Part shown: piece by piece, positions 1 through 10,034 of the stretch
How the letters are laid out: each line of letters opens with the position of its first letter
Position numbering within the stretch: the stretch's first letter is position 1
Assembly (NCBI GenBank): GCA_044229845.1
Contig: JBGASG010000004.1
Span: forward strand, 352,001 to 416,000
Direction: 5' to 3'
From: Candidatus Obscuribacteraceae bacterium
GTDB taxonomy: Bacteria > Cyanobacteriota > Vampirovibrionia > Obscuribacterales > Obscuribacteraceae
DNA: 64,000 nucleotides
The notes under the pieces: generated by a model
Told to the model about the DNA's origin: nothing
Database searches by the model: none
The model's input: the letters and a program-made list of their open reading frames with translations, nothing else
Translations under genes and position numbers: made by a program

Positions 1-207
1 GCGCCTGCACACGTGCCTGAGCAAGCGAGTGAAGATCGCGCACGGTGCGTTTAAAAGAAAAGCCGCCATGAGCCAAGCGCCGCGGTCGAGCGATCTTGAC
101 GCCTTTACGACGCTCATAATCGCCGACGTCGGGCCGCTGAAACCGGCGGTGTAGACGGTCAGGCACAGTGCTGGGGGTAGCTGTCATGCCCGCCAATTTA
201 ACACGGA

Positions 208-226
208 AATGAAAACCATTTTCATT
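208..226. promoter_or_regulatory. Fur-box-like palindrome AATGAAAA-CCA-TTTTCATT
   Basis: Perfect 8-3-8 inverted repeat in an AT-rich intergenic stretch; the core TGAAAAC-C-ATTTTCA resembles the 7-1-7 Fur consensus TGATAAT-N-ATTATCA. Confidence 0.55.
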
Positions 227-422
227 CCTTGGAATTATCTAAATAGATCGCGGGAGGGGGCGGTCAGTTTATCCCCAGCCTCAGACTACGGGGAAGCTAT
301 CCCCCCGGTGGGGTCCAGCCAAATCTGAATTGCCGGCAATACTTGCCGATGCCCAATCAATGAATATCCGGCTGCACTATTAGTGGTGGCAGCCAGTACA
401 TCTGAGCTATAATTAAGGTGAG

Positions 423-761
423 GTGAAGCGTGTGAGAGTTCCCAGACACCGCTGGCTGCCTATAGTCACGCTGCTTTTAGCGTGGCAGATACTGGCATGG
501 CAACTTCCGCACTTCGCCAACTCCACTCCCAACTGCATCAAACAAATCCAGCAGCCGATTCTCACCGCCGCTGGACATGCAGCCTTTTCGCTGGCTGAAT
601 CCAAGCCGAGCGACTTGAAAAACGGCGACGCCGGCAAATGGCTGGTCAGCAGCACTGCGGCATTCGCCCATCATCCGGAAATCGAGCATGTCTGTCATGC
701 CGCCACTATCGCTTTCGGCATCACACGCATCTGGTTGATGCACCGCGCACTTCTGCTCTGA
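423..761 (+). CDS. Small hypothetical protein with N-terminal hydrophobic segment
   Basis: AAGGTGAGG upstream of the GTG; hydrophobic WLPIVTLLLAWQILAW; His-rich C-terminal part. Confidence 0.5.
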   Translation: MKRVRVPRHRWLPIVTLLLAWQILAWQLPHFANSTPNCIKQIQQPILTAAGHAAFSLAESKPSDLKNGDAGKWLVSSTAAFAHHPEIEHVCHAATIAFGITRIWLMHRALLL

Positions 762-897
762 CAACCGATACACGCAAGGTATCTGAAGGAATCCGAGACT
801 ACACTTTGTTTGTGGCAGTTCCGGCGCCGCCATGCGCGGGCCGACGCAAGCAGCAAGGTGTGGCACCGCAGAGCAGCAGTGCAGACAGGAGCTGTCC

Positions 898-1077
898 ATG
901 AGAAAACAGATGGCAAATCAAGGAAGAGCCACGTGGTTAGGCGTGGGCGCATTTCTGGTCATACTGTCCACGCTGTACTTCTTCACTCACGATGCGATCT
1001 TCAGCGGGGTGATTGGATTTGTGTTCGGCATCGGCATGTTCGATCTGACGCTTATCTTGAGCAACCCGGACTCCTGA
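898..1077 (+). CDS. Small two-TM membrane protein
   Basis: AGGAG RBS before ATG 898; two hydrophobic helices. Confidence 0.6.
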   Translation: MRKQMANQGRATWLGVGAFLVILSTLYFFTHDAIFSGVIGFVFGIGMFDLTLILSNPDS

Positions 1078-1132
1078 ACGAAACCCTGCGTCACGAAAGA
1101 CGTCGGAATCCCACAACAGAAGAGAATTGCTT

Positions 1133-3130
1133 ATGCACGAACTCGTGTTGATCCACGATTTGGTCGTAGTCTGGCTTGCGGCGCTCGTCGCCGGCGCTAT
1201 CTGCGTGCGCCTGAAGATGCCTCCGATCGCCGGTTATGTAATCGCCGGCATATTCGTGGGTCCTTTCGGCTTCAAGCTGGTGAGCGGCGCCGAGCAGGTG
1301 CACGTGCTGGCCGAGATTGGAGTTGCGCTTCTACTCTTCGCACTGGGTGTTGAAATTTCGCTGCGCAAAATATTGTCGGCCGCCAGAAAAGTCGTGGTGG
1401 CGGCCGCATTGCAAATCGCCATCACCGTGCTGGTGGCGGCGCTCATTAGCCTGGCAACGGGATTGGCTACTAAAGTCTTGCCGTCCATCGTGCTCGGTTT
1501 CATTTGCGCACTGTCCAGCACAGCCGTCGTCACCAAACTGCTTGTCGACCGCGGCGAAACCGAAACCGTTCACGCCCGCGTTCTCGTTCCGCTGCTTCTC
1601 ATGCAAGACCTCGTTTTGATTCCTGTGGTTGTCCTTTTGCCCGTCATCAAAGATCTGAGCGACGCCAGTTTCTTCCACATCGCTCACGCCTTCGGCAAAG
1701 CCGCTTTGCTGATTGCGTTTGTCGGCATCACTGCCACTTACTTCGTGCCGCGGCTGCTCAAAGCCGTGACGCGCACCAATTCTCGCGAACTGTTTCTTCT
1801 GACCATCATTTCGCTCTGCATGTCGGTGGCGCTGCTCAGCAATATGCTGGGCGTCTCCCTGGCACTGGGCGCATTCCTGGCCGGCATCATGATCAGCGAA
1901 CAGCCTTACGGCCATCAGGCTTTAGCAGACATCATGCCGGTCCGGGATCTTTTTGCGACAGTGTTTTTCGTATCGATCGGCATGCTGCTCGATCCGATGT
2001 TCGTCGTCCATCATCCTTTTATGGTGATTGCGTTCACCCTGATCTTGATCTTCGGCAAAGCCATCATTGGCGCGCTGGCCGCTTACTATGCCACGCGCAG
2101 CTGGTGGAGTTCCGTACTGGTGGGCGCCGGACTGGCACAGATGGGCGAATTCTCCTTTGTCCTGGCGACACTGGCCAACCAGCAAGCTCTGCTCAGCCCG
2201 GACGCCTACAACCTGTTTTTCGCAGGCGCGGTTGTGACTCTGGTGCTTTCGCCGCTGGTGATTGCCGCCACCCCCGAACTTCTGCCGCGCATTCCATATT
2301 TCAGGTTACTACGTCACGCCGGCCCGGAAAAAACCACCACCGCCGGACAGACCAAGATCAAAGATCACGTCATCCTGTGCGGCTATGGGCGCATGGGAAG
2401 AAACATCGCCCTCAGCCTGCAGGCATTCCAGCTGCCACTGGTGGTGGTCGAAACCCGCGGCGAGACTATTGAGGAACTGGGGCTGATGGGTATTCGCCAC
2501 ATCTATGGCGACGCCATGAGTCCGCACGTTCTGCTCAAAGCGGGTTTGAGTCAGGCGAAATGCGTTGTCGTCGCGGTTCCCGATCCGATCGTTGCGCTCA
2601 ACATCGTGGCGTTTGCACGCAAACAAAATGCCGGCGCCGTGATTATCGCGCGCATCAATAATCTCGAAAGCGCCGACGGTTTTGGTGAAGCGGGCGCCGA
2701 CGCCGTGATACAGCCCGAGCTGGAAGGCGGCATCGAAGCCACTCGTCTGGCGCTCACCGCTCTGGGCAGACCAGCGGAAGAAACTTTAGAGGCCGTGCGA
2801 GACATTCGCCGGCGCGAGCACCTGATCTTCGAAAAAGCGCTGCGCGATGCTGCCCCGCAGCCGCTCGAGAGTCAGGCGGGATCTTGGTTTGTCTACGACG
2901 CCGGCGAGGCGGAGAGTATTCAGGACATGGATATTCGCAAGCGCACCGGAGCTACAGTGCTGGCAATCAAGCGCGGACAAGCGCTCTCATCCCATCCAGA
3001 CCCGGCATTTCTCCTGCAGAAAGACGACCAGCTTTACGTAGCCGGCAAGGAAAATCAGCTTGAGAAGTTCCAGAGCACTTATCAGGTGCAACGCTTCTGT
3101 CCGATCACACCGGAAGCAGAAGCGATGTAG
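1133..3130 (+). CDS. CPA2/Kef-type cation:proton antiporter with TrkA-N and TrkA-C domains
   Basis: Multi-TM N-terminal domain (LAEIGVALLLFALGVE, ALSSTAVV, LLLMQD); RCK motif HVILCGYGRMG; C-terminal IRKRTGATVLAIKR. Confidence 0.93.
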   Translation: MHELVLIHDLVVVWLAALVAGAICVRLKMPPIAGYVIAGIFVGPFGFKLVSGAEQVHVLAEIGVALLLFALGVEISLRKILSAARKVVVAAALQIAITVLVAALISLATGLATKVLPSIVLGFICALSSTAVVTKLLVDRGETETVHARVLVPLLLMQDLVLIPVVVLLPVIKDLSDASFFHIAHAFGKAALLIAFVGITATYFVPRLLKAVTRTNSRELFLLTIISLCMSVALLSNMLGVSLALGAFLAGIMISEQPYGHQALADIMPVRDLFATVFFVSIGMLLDPMFVVHHPFMVIAFTLILIFGKAIIGALAAYYATRSWWSSVLVGAGLAQMGEFSFVLATLANQQALLSPDAYNLFFAGAVVTLVLSPLVIAATPELLPRIPYFRLLRHAGPEKTTTAGQTKIKDHVILCGYGRMGRNIALSLQAFQLPLVVVETRGETIEELGLMGIRHIYGDAMSPHVLLKAGLSQAKCVVVAVPDPIVALNIVAFARKQNAGAVIIARINNLESADGFGEAGADAVIQPELEGGIEATRLALTALGRPAEETLEAVRDIRRREHLIFEKALRDAAPQPLESQAGSWFVYDAGEAESIQDMDIRKRTGATVLAIKRGQALSSHPDPAFLLQKDDQLYVAGKENQLEKFQSTYQVQRFCPITPEAEAM

Positions 3131-3151
3131 CCATGCGTTCGCAGTTTCTCC

Positions 3152-4195
3152 CTACCAGACTTGCTTGTCGCGCAGTTGCTTGTTGATGTCGCGCGACAGA
3201 TCCGACAGCTGTTGGTGGAGCACCCGCGACTGGTCATAGGTGAGCATGCCGCTGGAGTTGCTGCGCAAACGGGCTTCCAGATTGGCGATTTGCTGTTCTT
3301 TCGAAAGCAGCATATTGGCTTCGCTGGGTGTTAGCTTGCCGGACTTGATGCCTGAGTAGATACGCTGCTTGAGCAATGACTGTTGCTCGTTGACACCGTT
3401 GCCCTGACGCCATTTTTCCCAGTCGCGTCTCTTGCCGCGTCCGTGGCCGCCCCAGTTGGAAGCCGATGCGCGCGCACGCTGTTCGCCGCTGCTGATTGCC
3501 GTGCTGATTTGCGTTTCCAGCAAGTTGAGCTGGTTGAGAATCTCATTTTGTTCGTCGTAGGAGAGACGCCCATCGGCTGTCATTTGCGACTGCTTGATGC
3601 TGACTTGAGTCAACTGATTGCGCAGATTTGCCGATTCGCCTGGATTGAGATAACCGGAGACGACGCCTTGCTCGATGCGCGAGTCAAGTTCGGCGCGCTT
3701 TGCATCGAGGTGCGCAATTCGCTCTTGCTGCCGGCCGCCGCCGTTAGGTCCGCCGTATTTGCGGAACCAGTCGCCATGCCTGGCCGTGCCGGTGCCGACG
3801 GTGGTGGCGTTGGTCAAATATGTCTGCAGCTTCTGCGTCAACCGTGTTAACTCGTCCAGCAAATGCTGGGTTTCCATGTTGTCGAGCTGACCATCCATAA
3901 GATACTGACCTTCCAGTCCAGCAATCTGGTTGAGGTCAGCACGCAAGTCAGACTCTTCTTGCGGTGACAGTTGTCCTGATGTGACACCGGCTTGAATCTC
4001 TTGCTCCAACTGAGCTTGCCGGGTATTGATGTTGGTCTTGATGACATTTTGCGTGGCCGGGTTCACGGTCGATTTAGAAGCGCCGAGAAACGACCGCATC
4101 ATGCTTTCGAAGTCACCAGCCTGGGCTGCAAGCGGCGAACTAATCAAGCAGCAAAGCGACAACAAAATCGCTTTCTTACCGAATCCATTATTCAT
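3152..4195 (-). CDS. Secreted helical-repeat hypothetical protein (three ~65-aa repeats)
   Basis: Signal peptide ending AQA; repeats IQAGVTSGQLSPQE / IEQGVVSGYLNPGE / IYSGIKSGKLTPSE. Confidence 0.85.
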   Translation of the reverse strand: MNNGFGKKAILLSLCCLISSPLAAQAGDFESMMRSFLGASKSTVNPATQNVIKTNINTRQAQLEQEIQAGVTSGQLSPQEESDLRADLNQIAGLEGQYLMDGQLDNMETQHLLDELTRLTQKLQTYLTNATTVGTGTARHGDWFRKYGGPNGGGRQQERIAHLDAKRAELDSRIEQGVVSGYLNPGESANLRNQLTQVSIKQSQMTADGRLSYDEQNEILNQLNLLETQISTAISSGEQRARASASNWGGHGRGKRRDWEKWRQGNGVNEQQSLLKQRIYSGIKSGKLTPSEANMLLSKEQQIANLEARLRSNSSGMLTYDQSRVLHQQLSDLSRDINKQLRDKQVW

Positions 4196-4332
4196 ATGCA
4201 TATCCTTGATAAGCAGCATTCCGAGAGGCTTGCAATGTTACCAATATGCACGCGCTTTTTTATCTGTGCCACTGGCGGTATGTGGTTTACTTATGCGATT
4301 CAAATCCGCTCGATAGCCTTGAGGTGCACAAG

Positions 4333-4809
4333 ATGGTCAAAGCAATTCCAGACGGCGCCCATACTCTCACTCCCTATCTGATCTGCAGAGACGCAGGCAA
4401 GGCCATTGATTTCTATGTCAAGGCTTTCGGCGCCAAAGAAATCGATCGCATGCAGGGCGACGACGGCAAAATCATGCACTCGACCTTGCAAATCGGCAAC
4501 TCGCAATTGTATGTCGCGGATGAATGCCCCGAGTACGGCTTTGTCTCGCCGCTTGAATACAAAGGTTCTCCGGTCGGACTGCATCTTTATTTTGAAGATG
4601 TAGATCAAGCCTGGAATCGTGCCACCAAAGCTGGTGCGCAGATCAAAATGCCCCTCGCCGACATGTTCTGGGGCGACCGCTACGGCAAATTGACCGACCC
4701 GTTCGGTCATGAATGGTCACTGGCCACACACAAAGAAGATCTCACCGACGCGCAAATCAAAGAGCGCGGCGAGAAGTTCATGAAAGAATTTGCGGGCGCC
4801 AACAAATAA
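4333..4809 (+). CDS. VOC/glyoxalase (PhnB-like) family protein
   Basis: TLTPYL...AIDFYVKAFGAKE, DMFWGDRYGKLTDPFGHEW; GAGG RBS. Confidence 0.92.
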   Translation: MVKAIPDGAHTLTPYLICRDAGKAIDFYVKAFGAKEIDRMQGDDGKIMHSTLQIGNSQLYVADECPEYGFVSPLEYKGSPVGLHLYFEDVDQAWNRATKAGAQIKMPLADMFWGDRYGKLTDPFGHEWSLATHKEDLTDAQIKERGEKFMKEFAGANK

Positions 4810-4834
4810 TTGGCATTTGCAACCTGTGCAGTCG

Positions 4835-4866
4835 TGCGGGCGAGTTTTTCTCGCCCGCATTTTTTT
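4835..4866 (+). terminator. Rho-independent terminator
   Basis: TGCGGGCGAG/CTCGCCCGCA 10-bp stem followed by a T7 tract. Confidence 0.9.
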
Positions 4867-4880
4867 GCACATTATTCAAA

Positions 4881-5597
4881 CTAGTTAGCCATAAACCAGA
4901 GGTCGCGCTTCGCTTCAACCAGTTGGTCGAACCACTCCAGCATCGACTCCATCAAATCAAGCGTCCACTCCGAGAAATCGATCTCGTTCAAGTGACCCTT
5001 TTTCGTTATGTCCTCGGCCCACTCGTGTTGTTTCTTTATGGCGGCGCGCAGCGCCTTCACCTCATCAAGACTGAGGTAGGCGTAATAGCTCCAGCCCGTG
5101 TCGATTGATTCACCGAACAGCGGCCGACCTTCAATCAGGTAATTCATCAGAGTCACGGTTTGTTCGTCGAATCGTTTCTCAAACGACTCCATAAATTCCC
5201 AGAAGCCGTTCATCTTCCAGACACTCGATTCCGTATCCAGCATGTCGGGCTGATCGAACTCCGCCAGCATCTTCGCAGCCAGCACGTGTGACATGTTTTC
5301 AACTTGCGTTCCTGCTAGCGGCACGCCTTCGAAAATCGCGGCGCGCACGTGATCTTTTGCCGAGTGCAGATTGGTTTCCTCGTCGTCATCACCGTCATCG
5401 AACTCCAACTCAGCGTCACCCTCATCTGATTCGGCATCCGCATCGGAGTCTGCATCATCGTCTTCATCGGACTCCAGCTCACCCAACATCTCTTCGAGAT
5501 CTTTGACAATCTTTTGAGCGGCCTTTTCGTTTTTGCTGCCGAACAAGGCAAACATCTTTGCTTTGTCGAACCCGTAGATTTCAGGTCGCAACGACAT
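4881..5597 (-). CDS. Acidic hypothetical protein with an internal D/E tract
   Basis: AGGAGG RBS; long ORF; D/E-rich segment of about 35 aa. Confidence 0.8.
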   Translation of the reverse strand: MSLRPEIYGFDKAKMFALFGSKNEKAAQKIVKDLEEMLGELESDEDDDADSDADAESDEGDAELEFDDGDDDEETNLHSAKDHVRAAIFEGVPLAGTQVENMSHVLAAKMLAEFDQPDMLDTESSVWKMNGFWEFMESFEKRFDEQTVTLMNYLIEGRPLFGESIDTGWSYYAYLSLDEVKALRAAIKKQHEWAEDITKKGHLNEIDFSEWTLDLMESMLEWFDQLVEAKRDLWFMAN

Positions 5598-5716
5598 GCT
5601 GGTCACCTCCTGTCAGAGGTCAAGATTATATGGCTGTAGAGGTGCGCCAGCGGGCAAACTATAAGTGATTTTGCAATACAAACATATGCTAAACTGCATC
5701 CTTGAAAGCCAAGCCA

Positions 5717-8200
5717 ATGCCAGAAGAAAAGATAGTCGTTACCGTGATTGGCGCCGGCAAGATAGGTTTGCCCCTTGCTTGCCAATTTGCTGCGCGCGGC
5801 GCGCAGGTAATCGCTTGCGACGTGCGCAAAGACGTCGTGAAATCTATAAATCGCGGCCGGTCGCCAATTGAAGAGCCCGGCATCGCCGAGGTACTTAAGA
5901 AAGCTGTTGATGCCGGCCGCTTGTCGGCAACTAGTGATACACCAAAAGCGGTATCAGAAAGCGACGTCGTCGTGGTGGTTGTACCAATTCCTTTGACTGC
6001 CAGCAACGAAGCCGATATTTCGGTCGTGGAAGATGTGACAGCGTCTATCGCCAAAGGACTGAAAGCCGGCACGCTCGTTTCCTACGAAACAACCTTGCCT
6101 GTCGGCACCACGCGCAACCTGGCACGAATTCTCGAGACCACCGGGCTGGTCGCCGGCCAAGATTTCGACCTGGCGTTCTCGCCTGAACGCGTGAAGAGCA
6201 ACATGGTCATGCAACGACTGGCGGAACATCCGAAAGTCGTGGGCGGCGTCAACGACCGCTCCGCCGACCGGGCCGAAGAGTTTTACTCGAAGTACCTGGG
6301 CGCTCCGGTTATCAACGTAGATTCGCTGGAAGCAGCTGAATTCGTCAAGCTCGCCGGGGTCGCCTTCCGCGACGTCAACATCGCACTGGCAAATGAACTG
6401 GCTCGCTACGCCGACGCTATCGGGGTCGATGCCGAACTGATTATCAAAGCCGCCAATACCGATGGCGAGGCAGCCCTGCTGCGTCCAGGCATCGGCGTCG
6501 GCGGATATCGATCGCCTGTCTATCCGCACTTCCTGATTAATGATGCCGACAATCGCGGGATACCCTGCGAGTTGCCCGCCATCAGCCGCGCCATCAACGA
6601 CACGCAACCCAGCTACTTTTTGGACCGTGTGGAAGAAACCTGGAAAAGCCTCAAGGGACAGAGTGTCTTGATGCTGGGATTGGGTTTTAGGCCGCAGGTG
6701 AAGGACAGCTCCAATTCCCCGGCTTTCAAATTGCGCGACGAGCTGAAACGGCGCGGCGCGACGCCTTATGTACAGGATGCTCTCTATACCGACGAAGAAT
6801 TGCGCGAACAGGGATTTGCCACCTGGGAATCCAACTCGCTACCGCCCGTGGTGATTCTGGTCACGGCGCATGATGAGTTCAAACAGATGAAACCAGCCAA
6901 GCTGGCGGCACGCGGCTGCGAAGTATTGGTCGACGGACGCAATGCATTTTCCCATGCCGATGCCTGCAAGAGCGGCTTGATTTACATCGGAGTCGGGCGC
7001 AGCTACGGCATCGACGACAACAATGTCCACAACCGTCCTATTCCATTGACGCGGCCTCTGGTAGCATCGCGCGAGTCGGCCGCGGCTGTATCAGTGATCA
7101 GATCCGGCTCACTCGTGCAAGGTCCGCAAGTAGCCCTGTTAGAAAAAGAATTCAGCGACTACGTCGGCGCCGGCTATGCGTGTGCCGTTTCTTCCGGCAC
7201 GTCCGGTCTGCACCTGGCGCTGCTTTCCTGCGGCATCGGACCCGGCGATGAAGTGATCACGGTCAGCTACAGCGGTGTCGCGCCGGCCAACGCCATTCGT
7301 TATTGCGGCGCCATTCCGGTATTCATTGATGTGGAGCCCGATACGTTCAACATCAACACCGACCAGATCGAAGAGGCGATCACCGAGAAGACCAAAGCCA
7401 TACTGTGCGTACACCAGATGGGCATGCCCTGCGATCTGACCAAACTGCTCGCGCTGGCCCGGCGCAACAAACTGCGCGTCGTCGAAGGCGCCGCCGGCGC
7501 CACCGGCAGCGAGATTTTACTTTACCGTCAATGGCAGCGCATCGGGCGACCGCACGGCGATGTGGCTTGCTTCTCGTTTCACCCGCGCAACCTGGTCACC
7601 ACCGGCGATGGCGGCATGATCACCACCGAGAACGGGGATATCGATCGACTCTGCCGGCTCTGGCGGGATCACGGCACCAACGAACTCGGGCACCACGACT
7701 CGATGGGCTTCAATTACAGATTGACGGATGTATTGGGAGCAATCGGGCGCATACAACTGCAACGACTGCCGGCGCAGGTCGTTCGACGTCGCCAGCAAGC
7801 CGAGCGTTATCACGAATTGCTGCGCTGCATCGAAGGTGTCAACCTGCCGCGCGAGCCTGAATGGGCGCGCAGCAACTGGCAAAGCTACTGCATTACTTTC
7901 GCCAGCGAGCAGCTGCGCGATGCAGTCCAGGCGCATCTTACCGACTTGAAGGTCGAAACGCGTCCGGGCATCAGCTGTATTCACCGCGCCCCGGCCTACA
8001 CGCAGGAGTTGTGGCGGTGCGCCGGAGAGACGATCGAGTCATCAGCTGCGGCAGCGTCTAAACGCCTGAAACAAAGCGAACAATCTCAAGATCGCGGTTT
8101 GATCTTGCCGCTCTTCGATAATCTGTCCGATGCAGATATGCGACGGGTCGCCGACGCCATCGGCAGTGTGGTATCAAAACACGCTCTGGCCAAACTGTAA
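5717..8200 (+). CDS. Fusion of a UDP-glucose/GDP-mannose dehydrogenase-family domain and a DegT/DnrJ/EryC1/StrS aminotransferase-family domain; catalytic residues substituted in both
   Basis: GAGKIG, FSPERV, RDVNIALANE, LVDGRN; then AVSSGTSGLHLAL, IGPGDEVI, VHQMG, GFNYRLTD, LILPLF. Confidence 0.92.
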   Translation: MPEEKIVVTVIGAGKIGLPLACQFAARGAQVIACDVRKDVVKSINRGRSPIEEPGIAEVLKKAVDAGRLSATSDTPKAVSESDVVVVVVPIPLTASNEADISVVEDVTASIAKGLKAGTLVSYETTLPVGTTRNLARILETTGLVAGQDFDLAFSPERVKSNMVMQRLAEHPKVVGGVNDRSADRAEEFYSKYLGAPVINVDSLEAAEFVKLAGVAFRDVNIALANELARYADAIGVDAELIIKAANTDGEAALLRPGIGVGGYRSPVYPHFLINDADNRGIPCELPAISRAINDTQPSYFLDRVEETWKSLKGQSVLMLGLGFRPQVKDSSNSPAFKLRDELKRRGATPYVQDALYTDEELREQGFATWESNSLPPVVILVTAHDEFKQMKPAKLAARGCEVLVDGRNAFSHADACKSGLIYIGVGRSYGIDDNNVHNRPIPLTRPLVASRESAAAVSVIRSGSLVQGPQVALLEKEFSDYVGAGYACAVSSGTSGLHLALLSCGIGPGDEVITVSYSGVAPANAIRYCGAIPVFIDVEPDTFNINTDQIEEAITEKTKAILCVHQMGMPCDLTKLLALARRNKLRVVEGAAGATGSEILLYRQWQRIGRPHGDVACFSFHPRNLVTTGDGGMITTENGDIDRLCRLWRDHGTNELGHHDSMGFNYRLTDVLGAIGRIQLQRLPAQVVRRRQQAERYHELLRCIEGVNLPREPEWARSNWQSYCITFASEQLRDAVQAHLTDLKVETRPGISCIHRAPAYTQELWRCAGETIESSAAAASKRLKQSEQSQDRGLILPLFDNLSDADMRRVADAIGSVVSKHALAKL

Positions 8201-8210
8201 TGGCGAAGCT

Positions 8211-8642
8211 ATGACAATTCCGAAACGCCTTGTTTACCTGATTCTGTTAGCTTTGCTGGCGATAAATCTGCCGCTCGCAGCGCGCGAGTTTCGCCTGTTT
8301 CGCACCGAGACTGATCTTGTCAGTCTGATAGACACGCGTCTCGCCCCGGTGATATCGCAGTTGCCGGCGTACGGTGAAATCGGCTACCAGTTCGACCCCC
8401 GCGCTCAACCAGATGGCTCAACCGCAGGCACACTCTATTCCGTGCGCCCGATGCCCAACCACGACACGCTGGTCAATTTCACCATCGTGCAGTTTGCGCT
8501 GGCGCCGCGCATTCTCGTCAACTCCACTGACTGCCCGCAGGTGGTCGGATGCTTTAACGAGCCAATGCCCAAGCTGGGCAACTCGCGGCTGCCGGTCAAA
8601 GACTTCGGCAACGGCATCTGCCTGATACAGAAAGGGAAGTGA
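8211..8642 (+). CDS. Hypothetical membrane-anchored protein
   Basis: ATG 10 nt after the upstream stop; N-terminal TM; QFALAPRIL. Confidence 0.75.
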   Translation: MTIPKRLVYLILLALLAINLPLAAREFRLFRTETDLVSLIDTRLAPVISQLPAYGEIGYQFDPRAQPDGSTAGTLYSVRPMPNHDTLVNFTIVQFALAPRILVNSTDCPQVVGCFNEPMPKLGNSRLPVKDFGNGICLIQKGK

Positions 8643-8645
8643 CCT

Positions 8646-10034
8646 GTGCTCGGCGTGCTCAGCATCATTCTGTCGACCATCTTGGGCTATTTGCTGGTGG
8701 CGCATCTGGTGCCGATGCCTGCGGGATTTTTCCGGCACTTATTAAGACTTTCGCTCGGCAGCGGAGTCGGATTGGGCATTCTGTCAGCGGCGTTTTTCAT
8801 CTTGCGTGCCGCCGGTCTGACGGCACCGCCTGCCGCGTGGGTTTCTTTACTGGCTCTGGCTGTGGCAAGTGCGGTGCTGTTTGCCCGACGGCCCTTTCCC
8901 CGATCTTTTGTTTTGCAGCCGCAATCGCAGCGCGAAGATAAGTTTCTCGTCGGCTGCGCCTGCGTCTGCACGGTTCTAGGTTTCATCATCAACATCGCCA
9001 TTTTTGCGCCCGCTATCTGGGCCCGCCCCTCTGGCGATTTCGATGCTCTGGCGGTTTGGAATCTGCGGGCTCGTTTCCTGACTCTCACTGACACAGAGCA
9101 CTTCCGCGATGCCTTTTCGCCGGACCTGATATACGCACATACTGATTACCCCTTGCTCATACCCGGCAGCATCGCTCAGATGTGGTCACTGTCCGGTGAC
9201 TTCTGGTGGCTGACACCAATGCTGGTGGCAGCGGTATTTTTCCTGGCTATGCCCAGCGTCATGCTCGCCAGCTTCTCCTGCCTGAGGCGCCATTTTCAGG
9301 GTTGTGTTGCGGCATTAGCAACTCTGGGCGGCTTCGGGTATTCGATGTTGGCCGCAGCTCAATACGCCGATGTGCCTATGTCATTCTTCGTGGCCGGCAC
9401 TATTTGCAGTGTCTATTTAGGATTTTCCGCCGGCAGCACTCGTCCGTTTGCGATGGCGGGACTGTGCGCGGGCTTGGCGGCCTGGACCAAGAATGAAGGC
9501 TACGCGTTTTGTCTGGTTGCCCTAACCACAATTATGGCGGCGATCGTCGCGGTGCGCGGCGAGGCGTGCAAGCGGCGTCTGCTGATGCTCGGCAGTGGTG
9601 CGGCGGCAATATTGTGGGTTGTGGTTATCTTTAAACTGTTCTTCGCCGGTCCCGGGGATCCGGTCATGGCCAATGCACCCACGATGGCCCAGCGGTTTCA
9701 CGATCAGGAACGAGTGCTTTACACTGCCACGTCATTTGCGGTATCCGCGCCGACATTCCTGCATTGGCTCGTATTTCCTCTGTTTCCTCTCCTGGCGGCA
9801 CTGCCGTTTGTGGGAGTCGATCTGCGCCGGGGCAACGGCGTGACGGCGATTATCGCAGCGGTCATAGTCTGCCTGATGGTGCCCGCCTACTTCATCGCCT
9901 ACATCGCCTCGCCCTACAACCTGCACTGGCTGGTGGCGTTCTCGGTAGATCGACTGTTCATGCAAATCTGGCCGGCGGCGCTCATGGTCTTATTGCTGAT
10001 TATGAAACCACCGACGCGGTCGACGGTTCAATAA
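8646..10034 (+). CDS. Polytopic GT-C (ArnT/GT39-like) glycosyltransferase
   Basis: Many TM helices; DALAVWNLRARF, HTDYPLL, YADVP, WTKNEG motifs. Confidence 0.75.
   Translation: MLGVLSIILSTILGYLLVAHLVPMPAGFFRHLLRLSLGSGVGLGILSAAFFILRAAGLTAPPAAWVSLLALAVASAVLFARRPFPRSFVLQPQSQREDKFLVGCACVCTVLGFIINIAIFAPAIWARPSGDFDALAVWNLRARFLTLTDTEHFRDAFSPDLIYAHTDYPLLIPGSIAQMWSLSGDFWWLTPMLVAAVFFLAMPSVMLASFSCLRRHFQGCVAALATLGGFGYSMLAAAQYADVPMSFFVAGTICSVYLGFSAGSTRPFAMAGLCAGLAAWTKNEGYAFCLVALTTIMAAIVAVRGEACKRRLLMLGSGAAAILWVVVIFKLFFAGPGDPVMANAPTMAQRFHDQERVLYTATSFAVSAPTFLHWLVFPLFPLLAALPFVGVDLRRGNGVTAIIAAVIVCLMVPAYFIAYIASPYNLHWLVAFSVDRLFMQIWPAALMVLLLIMKPPTRSTVQ

Noticed and set aside
332..345. GCCGGCAATACTTG repeated at 58233-58246
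   Set aside because: A single shared 14-mer is expected by chance in 64 kb
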